DNA of 52,329 nt, taken from assembly GCA_963811105.1 (NCBI GenBank), contig CAWEPZ010000012.1, forward strand, positions 1-52,329, given 5' to 3'. The position numbers and the translations under genes are program-made. The first letter of the stretch is position 1; every line of letters begins with the position of its first letter. This stretch comes from Candidatus Bathyarchaeota archaeon (GTDB taxonomy: Archaea > Thermoproteota > Bathyarchaeia > Bathyarchaeales > Bathycorpusculaceae). Below are positions 22,430 through 33,513 of the stretch, piece by piece. Under the pieces are notes generated by a model. The model made no database searches. It saw nothing but the letters and a program-made list of their open reading frames with translations, and was not told the DNA's origin.

Positions 22430-22932
22430 CTAAGAAACAGGTTTAGCCCGCGGCCTACTCAAAATATGCAAATAATAAGCTAAAACATCAGGGGCAATCT
22501 TATCTTTCACTTGACTCAAGGCTTCATCGCTTAGGCAATCTGGCGACACATACCATTGAGCACGGCACCAAAACTTAATTTCTTCAGGAGTAACTGTTTT
22601 GAGCCAACTTTGATATTCCTCAGAAGCCAAAAAAATCAGCAACCCAACCCATTCCCGGTAGTATCGGTCATCTTCGCTGATAGCCAACAACAATTTACGC
22701 GAAACACGCAGCATCCTTAGAAAATTGCCGTCGCCCTCAAACTTGCCAATCTCTTTAAAGACACCCTGCGAAACCTCCAGGTTGATAAGCCTGAAACATC
22801 CGCTTAAACATCGACTTCAATAATCTGCGTTTGAGGAAACGTAGCAGTTCGTTCAGGCAAAAAACGGTCAAGAATTCGAACAGGAAAATTCAGCATTTGC
22901 TTAAGCAAATGCAACCGCAAATTCGAATTCAT
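22430..22932 (-). CDS. Hypothetical viral protein (frameshifted)
   Basis: ORF 22430..22714 plus an upstream frame from ATG 22932 with a GGAGG RBS. Confidence 0.45.
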
Positions 22933-22949
22933 TTTTATGCCTCCAAGAA

Positions 22950-23403
22950 TTAATTTTCTGTTGCTTTCCCAATAGCCTCATCCAACACACGCTTCGCGAT
23001 GTTGCCTACTTCATCCCTCGTCTCCATCGCAGTTCTTTGAATAAACGGATTCGGCTTCGTACCCGGATGATGCACTAATCTTGTGAATACCATGCCGCCC
23101 AACATTCCACCTTGAAATGCAAGGCATGAAGCGTTAACAGGACGGATAATATGAGGCGCCGTACCCTTCTCCACAAAAATTGCGTAGGATGCCAACGGCT
23201 TAACGCTTACTTTGCCCTCAGCCAACTTCTTTTTTGATACTCATAGCTAAATTGCCCGATCGCCAAGGCGCATTACTATACATCTGCTCAAACGCGAAAT
23301 CCGCGGTTTCCTCAACAAGCCGCTGAGCTACTTCTCCCTTAAAGTTTTTAGCGAATAAATTGAGGTCTAAGCCTCGGCGGGCAACAGAGACAGAAAACTG
23401 CAT
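22950..23403 (-). CDS. HK97 gp10-like tail completion protein (frameshifted)
   Basis: APWRSGNLAMSI...YAIFVEKGT.PHII...VHHPGTKPNPFI. Confidence 0.8.
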
Positions 23404-23418
23404 ACTTCAATCACCAGA

Positions 23419-23928
23419 CTAAGAAGGAATATACAAGAGCTCAGCAGAAAATCGGACGACGCCTCCAAAGAAGAGTTTGTCGTCGAATTTGATTTCTCCC
23501 GGGTAAAATGCTGTAGGTGTAACATCCATTACAGTTCCTTTTAGGGTGCGGTCTGCCAGGATCGCGTCAACCACATCAGCCATAACGGGGATAATATCTA
23601 TGAACCAGTCTTTTGGTGCATAATCGCGGATGACACAGACAACGGTGAAATTGACTTTTACACTCAACATAGAGCCCAAAGTCGCCTGATCGATTGGTGA
23701 ACCCTCAGCGTTGATGATTGCTTTCGGCAAAGCGCCCAAAGTAAACTGTTCACCTAAAACCACTGTGCCCAATGATGCTACACCCGATGCAGGTACAGCA
23801 AGAACTTCAGGCACTTCCGGCACATCATCATGAGCAGGAACCGCAGGCGAATACGGCACCGCAGGCACATAGGTCAACATCATTTTAACCGCTGAAAAAA
23901 CAGCCTGATACTTTGAGAGGAAGCCCAT
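23419..23928 (-). CDS. Tail terminator-like protein
   Basis: Neck region; VVDAILADRTLKGTV; Pro/Val-rich insertion near the N-terminus. Confidence 0.55.
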   Translation of the reverse strand: MGFLSKYQAVFSAVKMMLTYVPAVPYSPAVPAHDDVPEVPEVLAVPASGVASLGTVVLGEQFTLGALPKAIINAEGSPIDQATLGSMLSVKVNFTVVCVIRDYAPKDWFIDIIPVMADVVDAILADRTLKGTVMDVTPTAFYPGEIKFDDKLFFGGVVRFSAELLYIPS

Positions 23929-23930
23929 GT

Positions 23931-24278
23931 CTATTCCACCATGTCGTCGCCCACAGTATTGGATTTCACAATCCCTAACTTAGAACCCACCGTGGCAACC
24001 TGGCTATCACAATAAGCATTCAAAAACCGCTCCGCATCCGTAAAGAAAATCCAAGACGATTGTGGATCACGTTTCTTGCGAAACATCCAGGCTGCAAAAT
24101 AGTTTGAGGCGTCAACTATATTTTGAGGTGTAGGCGAAACAACAGTTAATCCTTTTTGCCGCAGCAAACTATCAACGTAGGCGTCGCTACTCGTGATACA
24201 CGAGGCTATTTCAGCTTCATACGTCACCGATGAATCCTGAAGAATACTCTTAACAGTAGCAACAACACCATACGTCAA
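23931..24278 (-). CDS. Head-tail adaptor
   Basis: TYGVVATVKSIL...AYVDSLL...TPQNIVDASNYFAAW; gp15/gp6-like size and position. Confidence 0.7.
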   Translation of the reverse strand: MTYGVVATVKSILQDSSVTYEAEIASCITSSDAYVDSLLRQKGLTVVSPTPQNIVDASNYFAAWMFRKKRDPQSSWIFFTDAERFLNAYCDSQVATVGSKLGIVKSNTVGDDMVE

Positions 24279-24284
24279 ACGAGA

Positions 24285-24554
24285 TCACCCTATATCCATT
24301 AGCATCATGTTCACTGGGTTAGTAGGCATCAAATCAACCTGCAACTTACCCGATGCACCAACAAGCAACGGCACCATCCGATTCATCGACACCTGATACG
24401 CTGTCTTCATAGCAATGTTCATAAGCCGTAAAGGTTTCAACAAGCTTGAATGCTGTCCAAGTAAACCTAATTTCACTAACAATTTTCCCACAGGAACTGC
24501 CGTTATACCACGTAACGGATCAACAGCAACTAATTGATCATGAATTGAAACCAT
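24285..24554 (-). CDS. Hypothetical viral protein
   Basis: ORF with RBS between MCP and adaptor. Confidence 0.5.
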   Translation of the reverse strand: MVSIHDQLVAVDPLRGITAVPVGKLLVKLGLLGQHSSLLKPLRLMNIAMKTAYQVSMNRMVPLLVGASGKLQVDLMPTNPVNMMLMDIG

Positions 24555-24634
24555 ACATGAAATCTCCCATCAACAAATATTATTTATTTTATTAGTCTTG
24601 ATTAAAACAAAAAAAGAAAAGAAGGATAATCTGC

Positions 24635-25594
24635 TTAAGTGCAGATTATGTCGAGAGCGTCGTCTAACACGACTTTTGGCTGTGACCATTCACGTATGAT
24701 ATAGCCGTCGTAGCCTGCGAGTTCATTGCGGTATGATGCTGCCATTGTGGGTCCTTGACCGAGAGCGATGCCTGGTGCAGCTGATGATCCAACGATTGGA
24801 CCAACGCTTGAGGTGGGAGTTTCTGTTAATGCAAAGTCAGTAAAGATTTTAATTGTGGGGTATCCTGGCATTCTGAATGTACCGCCGTCGGTGCCTAAGT
24901 TTGCGAGTCCACTATACTGCATTTTGCTAATGAAGGTGTTTTGCAGGAATTTGCCGTAAACAGTTGGATGCATAGCCATGAAGTCTACTGGGTAGCCTTT
25001 GCCTTGGATGTAGTTGATTGAAGCTGTGATTGCTGTGAGTGGGTTGGTTACGCTTAAGCCTGAGCTAACTGCACCCCAATCCACATATGGAACAGAGCTA
25101 ACTTTTTCGGTGACTTTGCCTTCAACTTCTTCTGCAATGTCAAGGTTTCCCATTCTTGCAAGGTCGCGAGCTGCGTCAGATACGTGCATTTGTAGCAGTG
25201 GATGCGCTGATTTCATTTGAGTTTCGTCGGGCATTGCTACGTGGACAACGTTTTTCCAGAGATCAAAGTTTACTGCGCTATAGGCTTCTGCGGATATTTT
25301 GGCTTCTTCAAGTGGCTTAACTTTGCGTTGACCTGCAAGTGATGTGGCGATGTCTACGCGCATAGTCAAGTTATCCATTGGTATGGGTCTACAGATGCCT
25401 CTGAGGGTATATTGTGGCCGTGCTAAACCAAGGACTTCATTGAGTATGGTGACTGCTTGCACTGAACTAACGTCAGATGGCATAACAATGCCTGCAGCTT
25501 CAAATCTGCAGCTTGACTCAATCGAATTAAGATCGCCGGCTGCCTTGTAGAATTTGCCGTCTACAGCGGATTGATAGACTTGTATTCTTGACAT
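24635..25594 (-). CDS. Major capsid protein (HK97 fold)
   Basis: 319 aa; E-loop-like VKPLEEAKIS...AVNFDLWK, spine helix HVSDAARDLARMGNLDI, A-domain FMAMHPTVY; canonical position. Confidence 0.85.
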   Translation of the reverse strand: MSRIQVYQSAVDGKFYKAAGDLNSIESSCRFEAAGIVMPSDVSSVQAVTILNEVLGLARPQYTLRGICRPIPMDNLTMRVDIATSLAGQRKVKPLEEAKISAEAYSAVNFDLWKNVVHVAMPDETQMKSAHPLLQMHVSDAARDLARMGNLDIAEEVEGKVTEKVSSVPYVDWGAVSSGLSVTNPLTAITASINYIQGKGYPVDFMAMHPTVYGKFLQNTFISKMQYSGLANLGTDGGTFRMPGYPTIKIFTDFALTETPTSSVGPIVGSSAAPGIALGQGPTMAASYRNELAGYDGYIIREWSQPKVVLDDALDIICT

Positions 25595-25595
25595 T

Positions 25596-26087
25596 TTATG
25601 TGGCTCCTAACCACATTTCTTGAGTTGTGTCTGCGTCTACGCTAGCTTTAGTTGCGAATCCAACAACGCCTAGGTCGATGATTGCGGATGCTAAGATCGC
25701 TGCGTCAATTGCGGTTGTGTAGTAAGTTGTTGAGCCTCCGCCTGGTGCTGTGCCTGCAACGAATATGCCAACTTTGCCTGCGGTTGCAGAAATCAACAGT
25801 TTGCTAAGGACTGGAACAACTCCGCCTGAAGTGACTTTTGCAGCTACAACGTTTCCTCGAACGACACATGGTACTGTGTGGGCTACGCCGTTAGCTGTGT
25901 CTGTTGCGTAAACACGGGTTTCCAATGCCATAACGGGTTTGTTGATTGCAGCTGTAGCAGCGGTGACAGCGACTAATCCTGCGCCATCGTCAATGTATAG
26001 CATGCCTTTGGTGATGTCGCCTGATGCTTTGATGAGGAAGTCTTGGATAATTAGGCCTGTTTCTTTAACTATGTCTCCTTGAGTCAC
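25596..26087 (-). CDS. Capsid decoration/cement protein
   Basis: KASGDITKG...VPCVVRG...VVGFATKA beta-tulip-like pattern between scaffold and MCP. Confidence 0.65.
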   Translation of the reverse strand: MTQGDIVKETGLIIQDFLIKASGDITKGMLYIDDGAGLVAVTAATAAINKPVMALETRVYATDTANGVAHTVPCVVRGNVVAAKVTSGGVVPVLSKLLISATAGKVGIFVAGTAPGGGSTTYYTTAIDAAILASAIIDLGVVGFATKASVDADTTQEMWLGAT

Positions 26088-26088
26088 T

Positions 26089-27201
26089 CTATTTTACCTC
26101 CGTGGGTGCAAAACCTAAGTTTGCACGCATTTCTTTTATTGCGGCGTCCAATGAGTCGCCGTCTGCTTTCGCTTCATACTTCACTTTTGGAAGCATGGTT
26201 TGTTTTTGGGTTATGGAGGCAACCTTTAGAGCGTCAGCTTTCAAAACTGCCAATGCATCATCAGACCAAGCAGCAAAAAGGGGTCTATCGACTTCTTCTT
26301 TGCCTGCAAGGCCTGCATCTGCTCTGGCTTTGAGTGTATCAGCAACTAAACCGTCATGTCGTGCTTTTTCGAGTGCTTCAAACTTTGCTTTCAATGTTTT
26401 AGCGTCTTCAGTAGCTGTTTCAGCTTTAGCTGTGGCTGCCTCGTAGTCAGTTTGCAGTTTCTTATTCTGGTGCTCTAAATTTGCCATTTTTTCTTCTAGA
26501 TTTTTTATATTTTCGTTTTCTGGCAAATCTATTTCTACTCCTATTTTGGTAATCCCCTCTTCCTTTTGAGAGGGGGGTTCCTGTGATTCATACACTCCCG
26601 CCAACAACTCCAATGCCCGAGTGTACCCTTCCTTGGATGCTGCAGAGGACATTTCTTGCAATCCAGCTTGCGGATAAGCTGGCACATCCACAAAATCAAC
26701 CCGCTTAAACCTGAACGATTCAACCTGAATGAAAGCGGAGCTGCCTTTCGCGTTGAGGCAGCCGTGTTCACTAAACGGATCCTTCAACCCAGAGAGATCC
26801 GCAGCGCATTTGCTGCAGGTATCCTGATAACTAAAAAGAACCACACTGACAGGACCTAACTTTCCTGCCTGCATCATACTCCAAGTCTCATCATCCACAA
26901 TCGAAGCAGTACCTAAAGCATACGCGCCCGGCTTCTCAGTCGACACAAATTTGCCGCTATCCAACGTTTGACCATCAGGATAATGCTTATCAATCTTGTA
27001 ACCAGCGCCCATTCCAATGGGTTTGCCCTTTAAAGTTGGCAACCCCTCTTCTAGGGCTTTGTCAGTGACAGCCCAACGATTACGATTTTTTGAAGCATTC
27101 ATAATATAGAAAGTCGCGGAACGCTGCCCCTGGCCATCAACAGCATACTTGAGAAGCCCCGCTATGAAACTACGTTCTCTACCCTCATTGATTTCAGTCA
27201 T
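26089..27201 (-). CDS. Prohead protease fused to coiled-coil scaffold
   Basis: KNRNRWAV...GKLGPVSV...VDFVDVPAYP, then a long Ala/Glu/Lys coiled coil. Confidence 0.8.
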   Translation of the reverse strand: MTEINEGRERSFIAGLLKYAVDGQGQRSATFYIMNASKNRNRWAVTDKALEEGLPTLKGKPIGMGAGYKIDKHYPDGQTLDSGKFVSTEKPGAYALGTASIVDDETWSMMQAGKLGPVSVVLFSYQDTCSKCAADLSGLKDPFSEHGCLNAKGSSAFIQVESFRFKRVDFVDVPAYPQAGLQEMSSAASKEGYTRALELLAGVYESQEPPSQKEEGITKIGVEIDLPENENIKNLEEKMANLEHQNKKLQTDYEAATAKAETATEDAKTLKAKFEALEKARHDGLVADTLKARADAGLAGKEEVDRPLFAAWSDDALAVLKADALKVASITQKQTMLPKVKYEAKADGDSLDAAIKEMRANLGFAPTEVK

Positions 27202-27325
27202 TTGAATTCACTTTGAAAAAGTAATTTTCAGGCGATCCCTATCCCCGTCAACATTTGGAGAACCAGCATATTTTCGGGAGCACCGACGTAACACGCGTTA
27301 CCCAAAAACCATTTTTACACCAATT

Positions 27326-27694
27326 TTACGGCGTAAAATCGCCCAGGATCAGTTCCCATTGGCAACGATCCCCGTTATGAATTGGCATTTTTGGCATGAA
27401 CCAACTCACTTTATAATAACCCATATTGCCGCCCATCGAAGCAGCAATACAGCGATCACAAACACGGTCATCTTCCGCCGTAACCCACTTCATCCATGAA
27501 ATATGGTTAGTCGGCGCCACCATTTTGAAGGCATTATTAACAGTTCGAAACATAAGGTCCTGCGATAAGCAATCGATGCTATGCAAGATCCCAGCCGGAG
27601 TATTCCAAAACCCCGACGTCGCCGCCTCCAAAATGCGATGTTCGCTGCAGGTACAACGATGCCCAAACGATACTGCAAAATTAGAAGTGGTCAA
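27326..27694 (-). CDS. MuF/SPP1 gp7-like head morphogenesis protein (short)
   Basis: WVTAEDDRVCDRC...PIHNGDRC, a variant of the PxHxxCRC motif. Confidence 0.7.
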   Translation of the reverse strand: MTTSNFAVSFGHRCTCSEHRILEAATSGFWNTPAGILHSIDCLSQDLMFRTVNNAFKMVAPTNHISWMKWVTAEDDRVCDRCIAASMGGNMGYYKVSWFMPKMPIHNGDRCQWELILGDFTP

Positions 27695-27980
27695 CTATTT
27701 TCCGCCAACTTGTCAACGATTCATTTAAGCCCTCTTCAAGTTCAGTGAAGTCACCATCAAAGATTAGGCCATGTTTGCTGCAGAAATCCTTCACGTCAAC
27801 CTGCATCTTTTGGAAAGCTACTTTAATTGCGGCTTCACCATCGCCAAGGCAATGCACCTTGTTAATGTGATGCCGCTGATAACTACGATAAATCCTTCTC
27901 AGCTGAACTTGAAGCCGCGTAGCTTCCCGATCAATCAACTGCGTAGGATAAATGAGGCGCTTAAGCTTTGGCTGGGGCAT
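27681..27980 (-). CDS. Hypothetical viral protein (possibly the N-terminal part of a split MuF)
   Basis: Overlaps both the portal stop and the MuF start. Confidence 0.45.
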   Translation of the reverse strand: MPQPKLKRLIYPTQLIDREATRLQVQLRRIYRSYQRHHINKVHCLGDGEAAIKVAFQKMQVDVKDFCSKHGLIFDGDFTELEEGLNESLTSWRKIVDHF

Positions 27981-29388
27981 CTACAGTTTTCTCTCCAGGC
28001 ATACCAGGCGTAGGATTCTGCGTCGACGGATTACTATTCGGCTGCGGAGACATCTGAGGCATAGGATTACCTGGCTCTTGTGGCTTATTTTGTTGCTGAT
28101 CCTGTTTTTGCTGCTCTTCCTGTTTACGTTCCCGAAGTTTATCTTTAGGCCAACCCATCATATCGTACGCAATTTCAGGTTCTTCAGCTATAATGCCCAA
28201 GCCGTTACTGTAGAGAGACGAAATTGCAGCAGACATTTCAAGAACATCAGTGGACCTAACAGTCCTCCAAAGATGTGTAACCTTCAACGGCACAACACCT
28301 GATTCGCCGTTCTTTTTAAGGGCTAACTGTACAAGATGTGGATACCATTGCGCTTCCAACTCACGTTTAAACGATCTCTGAATGTTTCCAAGTGTGCCGC
28401 CGACATACGCTTCAAACTCTGTGTAAGCAGTCGCACGATTCTCGTTAGGTTTATTGACTAGAAAACGTGGAGTGCCAAAATTGCGGATTATTGATTCTTC
28501 AAGCTTCTCTAAAAGCGCCACTAACCCCGCTAAATTCACATTTATATCAACAATTGTGGCAGAGACTTGCTTGTTAACCGCAAGTGATTTACCGCTTTTG
28601 GCCGCCTCAATGAGGCCATCGAGAAAAGCATCTTCAGCTGCCGCAGTCATTCCAGAAGTATCAGCTGATAACACAGCATAAGGAGCCCACAAAGATCTCG
28701 TAATCTCAGGCAAATCACGCCTCAACAAGTTATGGCGGGCATGACACACCAAATAGATAGGCTCAACTTCACTAAGGCCCTCACAATCATTCTCCAAATC
28801 TAAATTAGCAAAATACAAAAACCTGTTCTCATCAAGCTTCCACTTAGCTTCCTCATCATACTTATAGCCAACAAGCTTCCAGTTGGGGTCAATATCAGGT
28901 GTAACTCTTCTAGAATCAACACTTAATAGCCAACTAGGCGAACCGTCTGCAGCGTACTCAATTTCGAAGCCGCTTTTGCCAAAGATACTACGTTTCACCT
29001 GAGCAACAAACAAGCATTTATCCAGGTTCACAGTACGATTTGCTGCGTCAACATAGTCTTTAACAAACTTATATTTCTCTTGAAAAGCTAGTTCAGCCGC
29101 TTCATCCTCAAGCTTCTCTAAAGGCTCGAGTTCAGTTTCGAATCCTGCCGTCATAGTTGAATAAGCCGCATTCACTATAATGCATCGACGCACGAGTTCA
29201 TCTTGACGGAACCAACGGTATGCTTCAGGCTTCATGCCCTCATAATTAGTGTAACTATTAGCGTTTGGAATAGGAGTAGTTTGACCCCTACTCCGCAACT
29301 TCGGAACAGATTCCGCAGCGGCGCCGTAAATCACCTGTTTAACAATAGGCCATACCCCACGAAACCCTTTCTTACCTGTCTGGGTCAT
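27961..29388 (-). CDS. Portal protein
   Basis: 475 aa after TerL; SIFGKSGFE...EGLSEVEPI...IIRNFGTPRFL...NRATA. Confidence 0.9.
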   Translation of the reverse strand: MTQTGKKGFRGVWPIVKQVIYGAAAESVPKLRSRGQTTPIPNANSYTNYEGMKPEAYRWFRQDELVRRCIIVNAAYSTMTAGFETELEPLEKLEDEAAELAFQEKYKFVKDYVDAANRTVNLDKCLFVAQVKRSIFGKSGFEIEYAADGSPSWLLSVDSRRVTPDIDPNWKLVGYKYDEEAKWKLDENRFLYFANLDLENDCEGLSEVEPIYLVCHARHNLLRRDLPEITRSLWAPYAVLSADTSGMTAAAEDAFLDGLIEAAKSGKSLAVNKQVSATIVDINVNLAGLVALLEKLEESIIRNFGTPRFLVNKPNENRATAYTEFEAYVGGTLGNIQRSFKRELEAQWYPHLVQLALKKNGESGVVPLKVTHLWRTVRSTDVLEMSAAISSLYSNGLGIIAEEPEIAYDMMGWPKDKLRERKQEEQQKQDQQQNKPQEPGNPMPQMSPQPNSNPSTQNPTPGMPGEKTVDAPAKA

Positions 29389-29632
29389 GCTTCCAAAACT
29401 CCACTATTCACGTCGGCGATCTGGGGGCTACGCTGCAAAACATAAGCATACTTCTGCTTATCAGGCAACCACACTTTCCGAATTGGCTTCTCAACAAGAT
29501 TTTGTGGCATAGTCAACACTCAGCCGTATCTTTCACAGTAACCCCAGGCTTAACACGCAACTGTGCCCAAGGATCCTCCTTTTGCAAACGATTCTTGTCG
29601 CAACGTACTTTCGGTAAATTAGTCATCATAAA

Positions 29633-30896
29633 CTAAGCATGCCTCACTTTCGGATCTCTACTGCCAACCGAAGCAGCCATAATTGCATACATAGAGGCAT
29701 CCATTAAATGGTCATTCTCTTTAACTTCAGAATCGTAAACCATAACTTCATGAATCCAATTCACGCATTTAGATGAAACAAATACTCTGGGTTTACCGTC
29801 ACCCTGAACAATAAAGCGCCCGCCGAACTCACGAATTGCATCTTCACGTTTACTTTCATGCGCTACAGCATTCAAACCTGCAGAACGCAACATATCAATC
29901 GTTGCAGGAGCACTGCGATCACAAATTATGCGACCCTGCCCATGTTCCGCAAGCATCTCTTTAAGTTCTTGGATAAGCGTTTCTGTTTGGGTTCGGTTCT
30001 GATAGAATTCATCCAGGATATAGGCTCGACCATCACTGTCGAATCCGACTGCAAACGATAGCGCTGGGATTTGTCCATCCGAAGTCCAACGCCATAAACA
30101 ACACTTTTAAGGGTACTGAGCTCGATGTACTTGAGTTCATGAATTGTGCTGTCATAATCAAAACTTCCTATTCCAACTGGAGCAAATAAGCCTTCAATGA
30201 AACGTTTAGCTAAAGTTGCCATGGTGAGTTGCAATGATTTCTTGCTTATACTTCTCAGGCAAAAACGTGTTATCCAACATAGACCAACGGTAAACTTTGC
30301 TGTCACAGTTGCGTTTCTCTGGGTTCTCATAGAAATCGTAGAGGCGACAATCAGGAACCAACGGCGGCGGACTAGTAGTTACAATACTGCAGGTAATGTC
30401 TCGGTCAGTTTTACCGGATCCTCTTAGCCTACGCAGCACCACATCTTGAGATTCAGCGAACTTGCGAATATACTGAGCCTCATCAAGCAAGACAACATCA
30501 ACGTTTGCGCCTTCAGCAAACTGCGGCTCCTCCAATCCACCAAACCAAAGAGATTGGCCATCTATGAATTGGATGAGGTTTTCGCTTTTGTTGTAAGATT
30601 GAAACTATGGGGTTATTATCGATTGGATGCCCCAACAGCCATTTTGATTCTAAAGTGGGAATAAGAATTCGGCGAACCATTTTGTAGGTAGGCTCAAAAA
30701 TGTATCCGACGCTATTCTTGTTCTCTAAGAGCATAGCTAAAATTTCGAAGCAGCCGCAAATCGTTTTACCCCCGCCCACACCAGAAAAGACCGCTCTATG
30801 CCTAATTTTGTAGCGGTCCCGGTGAAACAACATCTGCTTAGGAAACGGGTAGTACCTCAGAGTTACCGTCTGTTCCAGCTGCTGAGTCTGAGTCAT
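29633..30896 (-). CDS. terL: Terminase large subunit (four frameshifted pieces)
   Basis: YPFPKQ, Walker A SGVGGGKT, Walker B VVLLDEA, RNase H-like nuclease with CDRSAP and DHLMDA. Confidence 0.9.
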
Positions 30897-30927
30897 TAAA
30901 CTGCCACATTCAAAAAAGTAAGTTCCT

Positions 30928-31248
30928 TTAGAGCAAACGCACAATTAACCCGATAAAGACGCCAACAAGGCCGCTTACAACGGTGAAAACTGCGAGTTTC
31001 CAACGAGTAGATGATTCACGTTTCACATCTTTTTCTTTTTCATCATGACCTGCCTGGGCTGACGCTTTTTCTTTAAGAAGCTGAAGAGAAGCAGTAATTT
31101 CGTTAACTTGAGCAACTAACCCGCCTCGCAGATCCTCACCTATCAACGCGGTCTTAATCGTTTTTAAGTCATCCGTAATCATGGTGTTGCACTTCTGGCA
31201 TTCTTCAACTGTCACACACTTCCGCAAAGACATCCCCCGCAGCTCCAC
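30928..31248 (-). CDS. Coiled-coil protein with C-terminal TM (XhlA/holin-like)
   Basis: IKTALIGEDLRGGLVAQV...WKLAVFTVVSGLVGVFIGLIV. Confidence 0.55.
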   Translation of the reverse strand: MELRGMSLRKCVTVEECQKCNTMITDDLKTIKTALIGEDLRGGLVAQVNEITASLQLLKEKASAQAGHDEKEKDVKRESSTRWKLAVFTVVSGLVGVFIGLIVRLL

Positions 31249-31253
31249 TTATA

Positions 31254-31529
31254 TCAAATATCGAAGGCGCCCAAGCCACGATTATTCGTCAACACTAAAC
31301 CTTCAGGGCAATCAGGAATATCAGCTGCAGAAGCATCTAGAACAGTCGATTCCACAAAGATTTTTAGGTCTTCAGGACGCCCAACAAAAACAGACTCCTG
31401 CTTCTTTGGATCAAACTTTGAATTGCAAAAACAGAAAAACCTTGCATTACGAAACTCCATGCTTTCGTCTCCATAGTATTGTTTGAAGCGTTGTTCATCT
31501 TTCAGTTTTTTAGATTGTGCACGACTCAA
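31254..31529 (-). CDS. Hypothetical viral protein, first gene of the head operon
   Basis: ORF with upstream GAGGGTG RBS and a possible minus-strand TATA near 31677-31684. Confidence 0.45.
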   Translation of the reverse strand: MSRAQSKKLKDEQRFKQYYGDESMEFRNARFFCFCNSKFDPKKQESVFVGRPEDLKIFVESTVLDASAADIPDCPEGLVLTNNRGLGAFDI

Positions 31530-31865
31530 TAGTTAACACCCTCTTGTTTAGTTGCATAAAATTTAAGATGCTCTTTGCTCGTTTTCACCCCGCTTGCGCA
31601 GGAGAGCAGACGTTCAATCTTTCAGACTGGACGTTAATCATGAATATAATTAGTAGCAAGTCAGCAACCGCCTACATATAAAATCGACGCATAAACTAAA
31701 ACAGCAACTTCCCGAAACATAGTTCAAGAGCCCGAAGAGCTGCAGCAACCTGCAATTTCAACGCATAACGTAGAGCGTCAACTGCAAGGTCACGTTCTTT
31801 AAGAGGCTAATTTCAGTAGGCTAAATAAGCTAGAATAATTCTCTTTTAAGAAAAAGTGGTACCTG

Positions 31866-33497
31866 ATGAAGCGATCCGTAGTCTTATCAATTGCTTTAAT
31901 TCTCATCGTTTTGGTTGGACTAATCGCTGTAATGGGCTATACTTCTGTGAGCAACAATAGCAAACCCCAATTTTATGTTGGCGTTACTTTTGGTGGAAAC
32001 AAGGTACAAGACGCCAAAAACCTAATTGACAAAGTCGCAAATTATACAAACCTCTTTGTGCTGCAGTCAGGCCTTTTAAAGAATGATACCTACTGCCGTT
32101 AACGAGATAGGCGATTATGCGGTATCAATAGGATTACACTTTGCGGTTTACTTTGACGTAATAGGTAATGCCCAAAACGCGGAGTGGATAGGAACTGCCA
32201 AGCAACGATGGGGAGACATGTTCGTGGGAGTCTATTTGGGCGATGAACCTGGAGGCAAAATGCTTGATGGCTCCGATCTACTTTTCACTAATCCAAGGAA
32301 TAACAGTGAATAAATCGAATGATGGCATTGTAAGTTACGATGACGGCAATGGGTGTTGGACAGCATTTTTTCCAGACGGCAAAATTGAAGTAAAAAAAAG
32401 CAATGAAACCTTTTCACTTGAGCGTGACCCCAACAATTCTTCTGTAACGATATCTAACACGTTAAGTAACACCAACATGACCACTTATGAGCCAAACGGC
32501 TCAGTAACTCTAAGAGAAACGCTCACAAGCACAATAAATAAAGTATTCACGGGCGGTTTACCTTATGGTCACTATGATGCAGGGAACTCTTACCAAGTAC
32601 TGAGGGATAATTTCTATACAATGGAAAATGGCTCAGATATCATAGCTCAAGAAAAAACTTATCATGCAAATAAAGAGCGACAACCCAATACCTGATTGCA
32701 ATGCCGCAGCAAATCTCTTTATAGCCAAAACCAAAGGACCCATAGATAACTTGAGAAACCAATGGAACATAAGCAAAGGGGATTTTCCAATTTTTACTTC
32801 TGATTATAGTCTTTACTGGTGGGATTACAAGAGCGGATACGACATGGTTCTTGCACAGTTAGGCTGGAACAATTCGGTTGCCCAAGAAATCGCCTTAGTG
32901 CGCGGCGCTGCAAATCTGCAGGGCAAAAGCTGGGGAACCATCTTGACATGGAAATACACCCAAGCCCCATATCTTGCGGATGGAAACGAAATTTTTAACC
33001 AAATGAAAACCTCCTATGAAAACGGAGCCCAATACGTTATACTATTCAACTATGCAGAAAGCATGTCAGGACCATACGGAACCCTGCAAGAGGAACATTT
33101 CCAAGCCCTTCAACGCTTCTGGAATGAAGTAGTGCAAAACAGTAGCGTTGTTCATGGAGGAATTAAAGCGGAAGCCGCTCTGGTTTTGCCCAACGATTAC
33201 GGTTGGGGCATGAGGCACACAAACGACACGATTTGGGGATTGTGGAAACCAAATGATACGTCACAGCAAATCTGGAACCAGCTCCAAAACAAACTGGCGC
33301 AATACGGCTCAAAACTAGATATAGTCTATGACGACCCAGCCTATAATGTCACTGGAAAATACAGCCAAATATACTATTGGAACCAATCAGCCACTCCCTT
33401 CGCAACTCCACTTATAATCGGCCTATTAGTTGCAGCCGCAATCATAGGCGCAGTCACTATCCTAGTTATTAGAGCAAAAAAGAGACAGCAAAACTGA
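31866..33497 (+). CDS. Membrane-anchored protein with putative glycoside-hydrolase-like TIM barrel (frameshifted; paralog of 38063..39658)
   Basis: FYVGVTF...YTNLFVLQSG...GVYLGDEPGG...FTSDYSLYWWDY...RGAA...YENGAQY; N- and C-terminal TM. Confidence 0.7.
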
Positions 33498-33513
33498 ATA
33501 CAGAGCTCTTCCT

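Noticed and set aside
29633-30896. Programmed frameshifts, introns or inteins in terL, or an alternative genetic code
   Set aside because: Breaks are single-base frame changes like those across the window; total length is normal and there is no pattern of in-frame stop readthrough.
12746-31486. Numerous plus-strand ORFs inside the virion module (e.g. 18055..18696, 26102..26446, 27952..28302)
   Set aside because: Antisense shadows of well-supported minus-strand genes, with no motifs or RBS.
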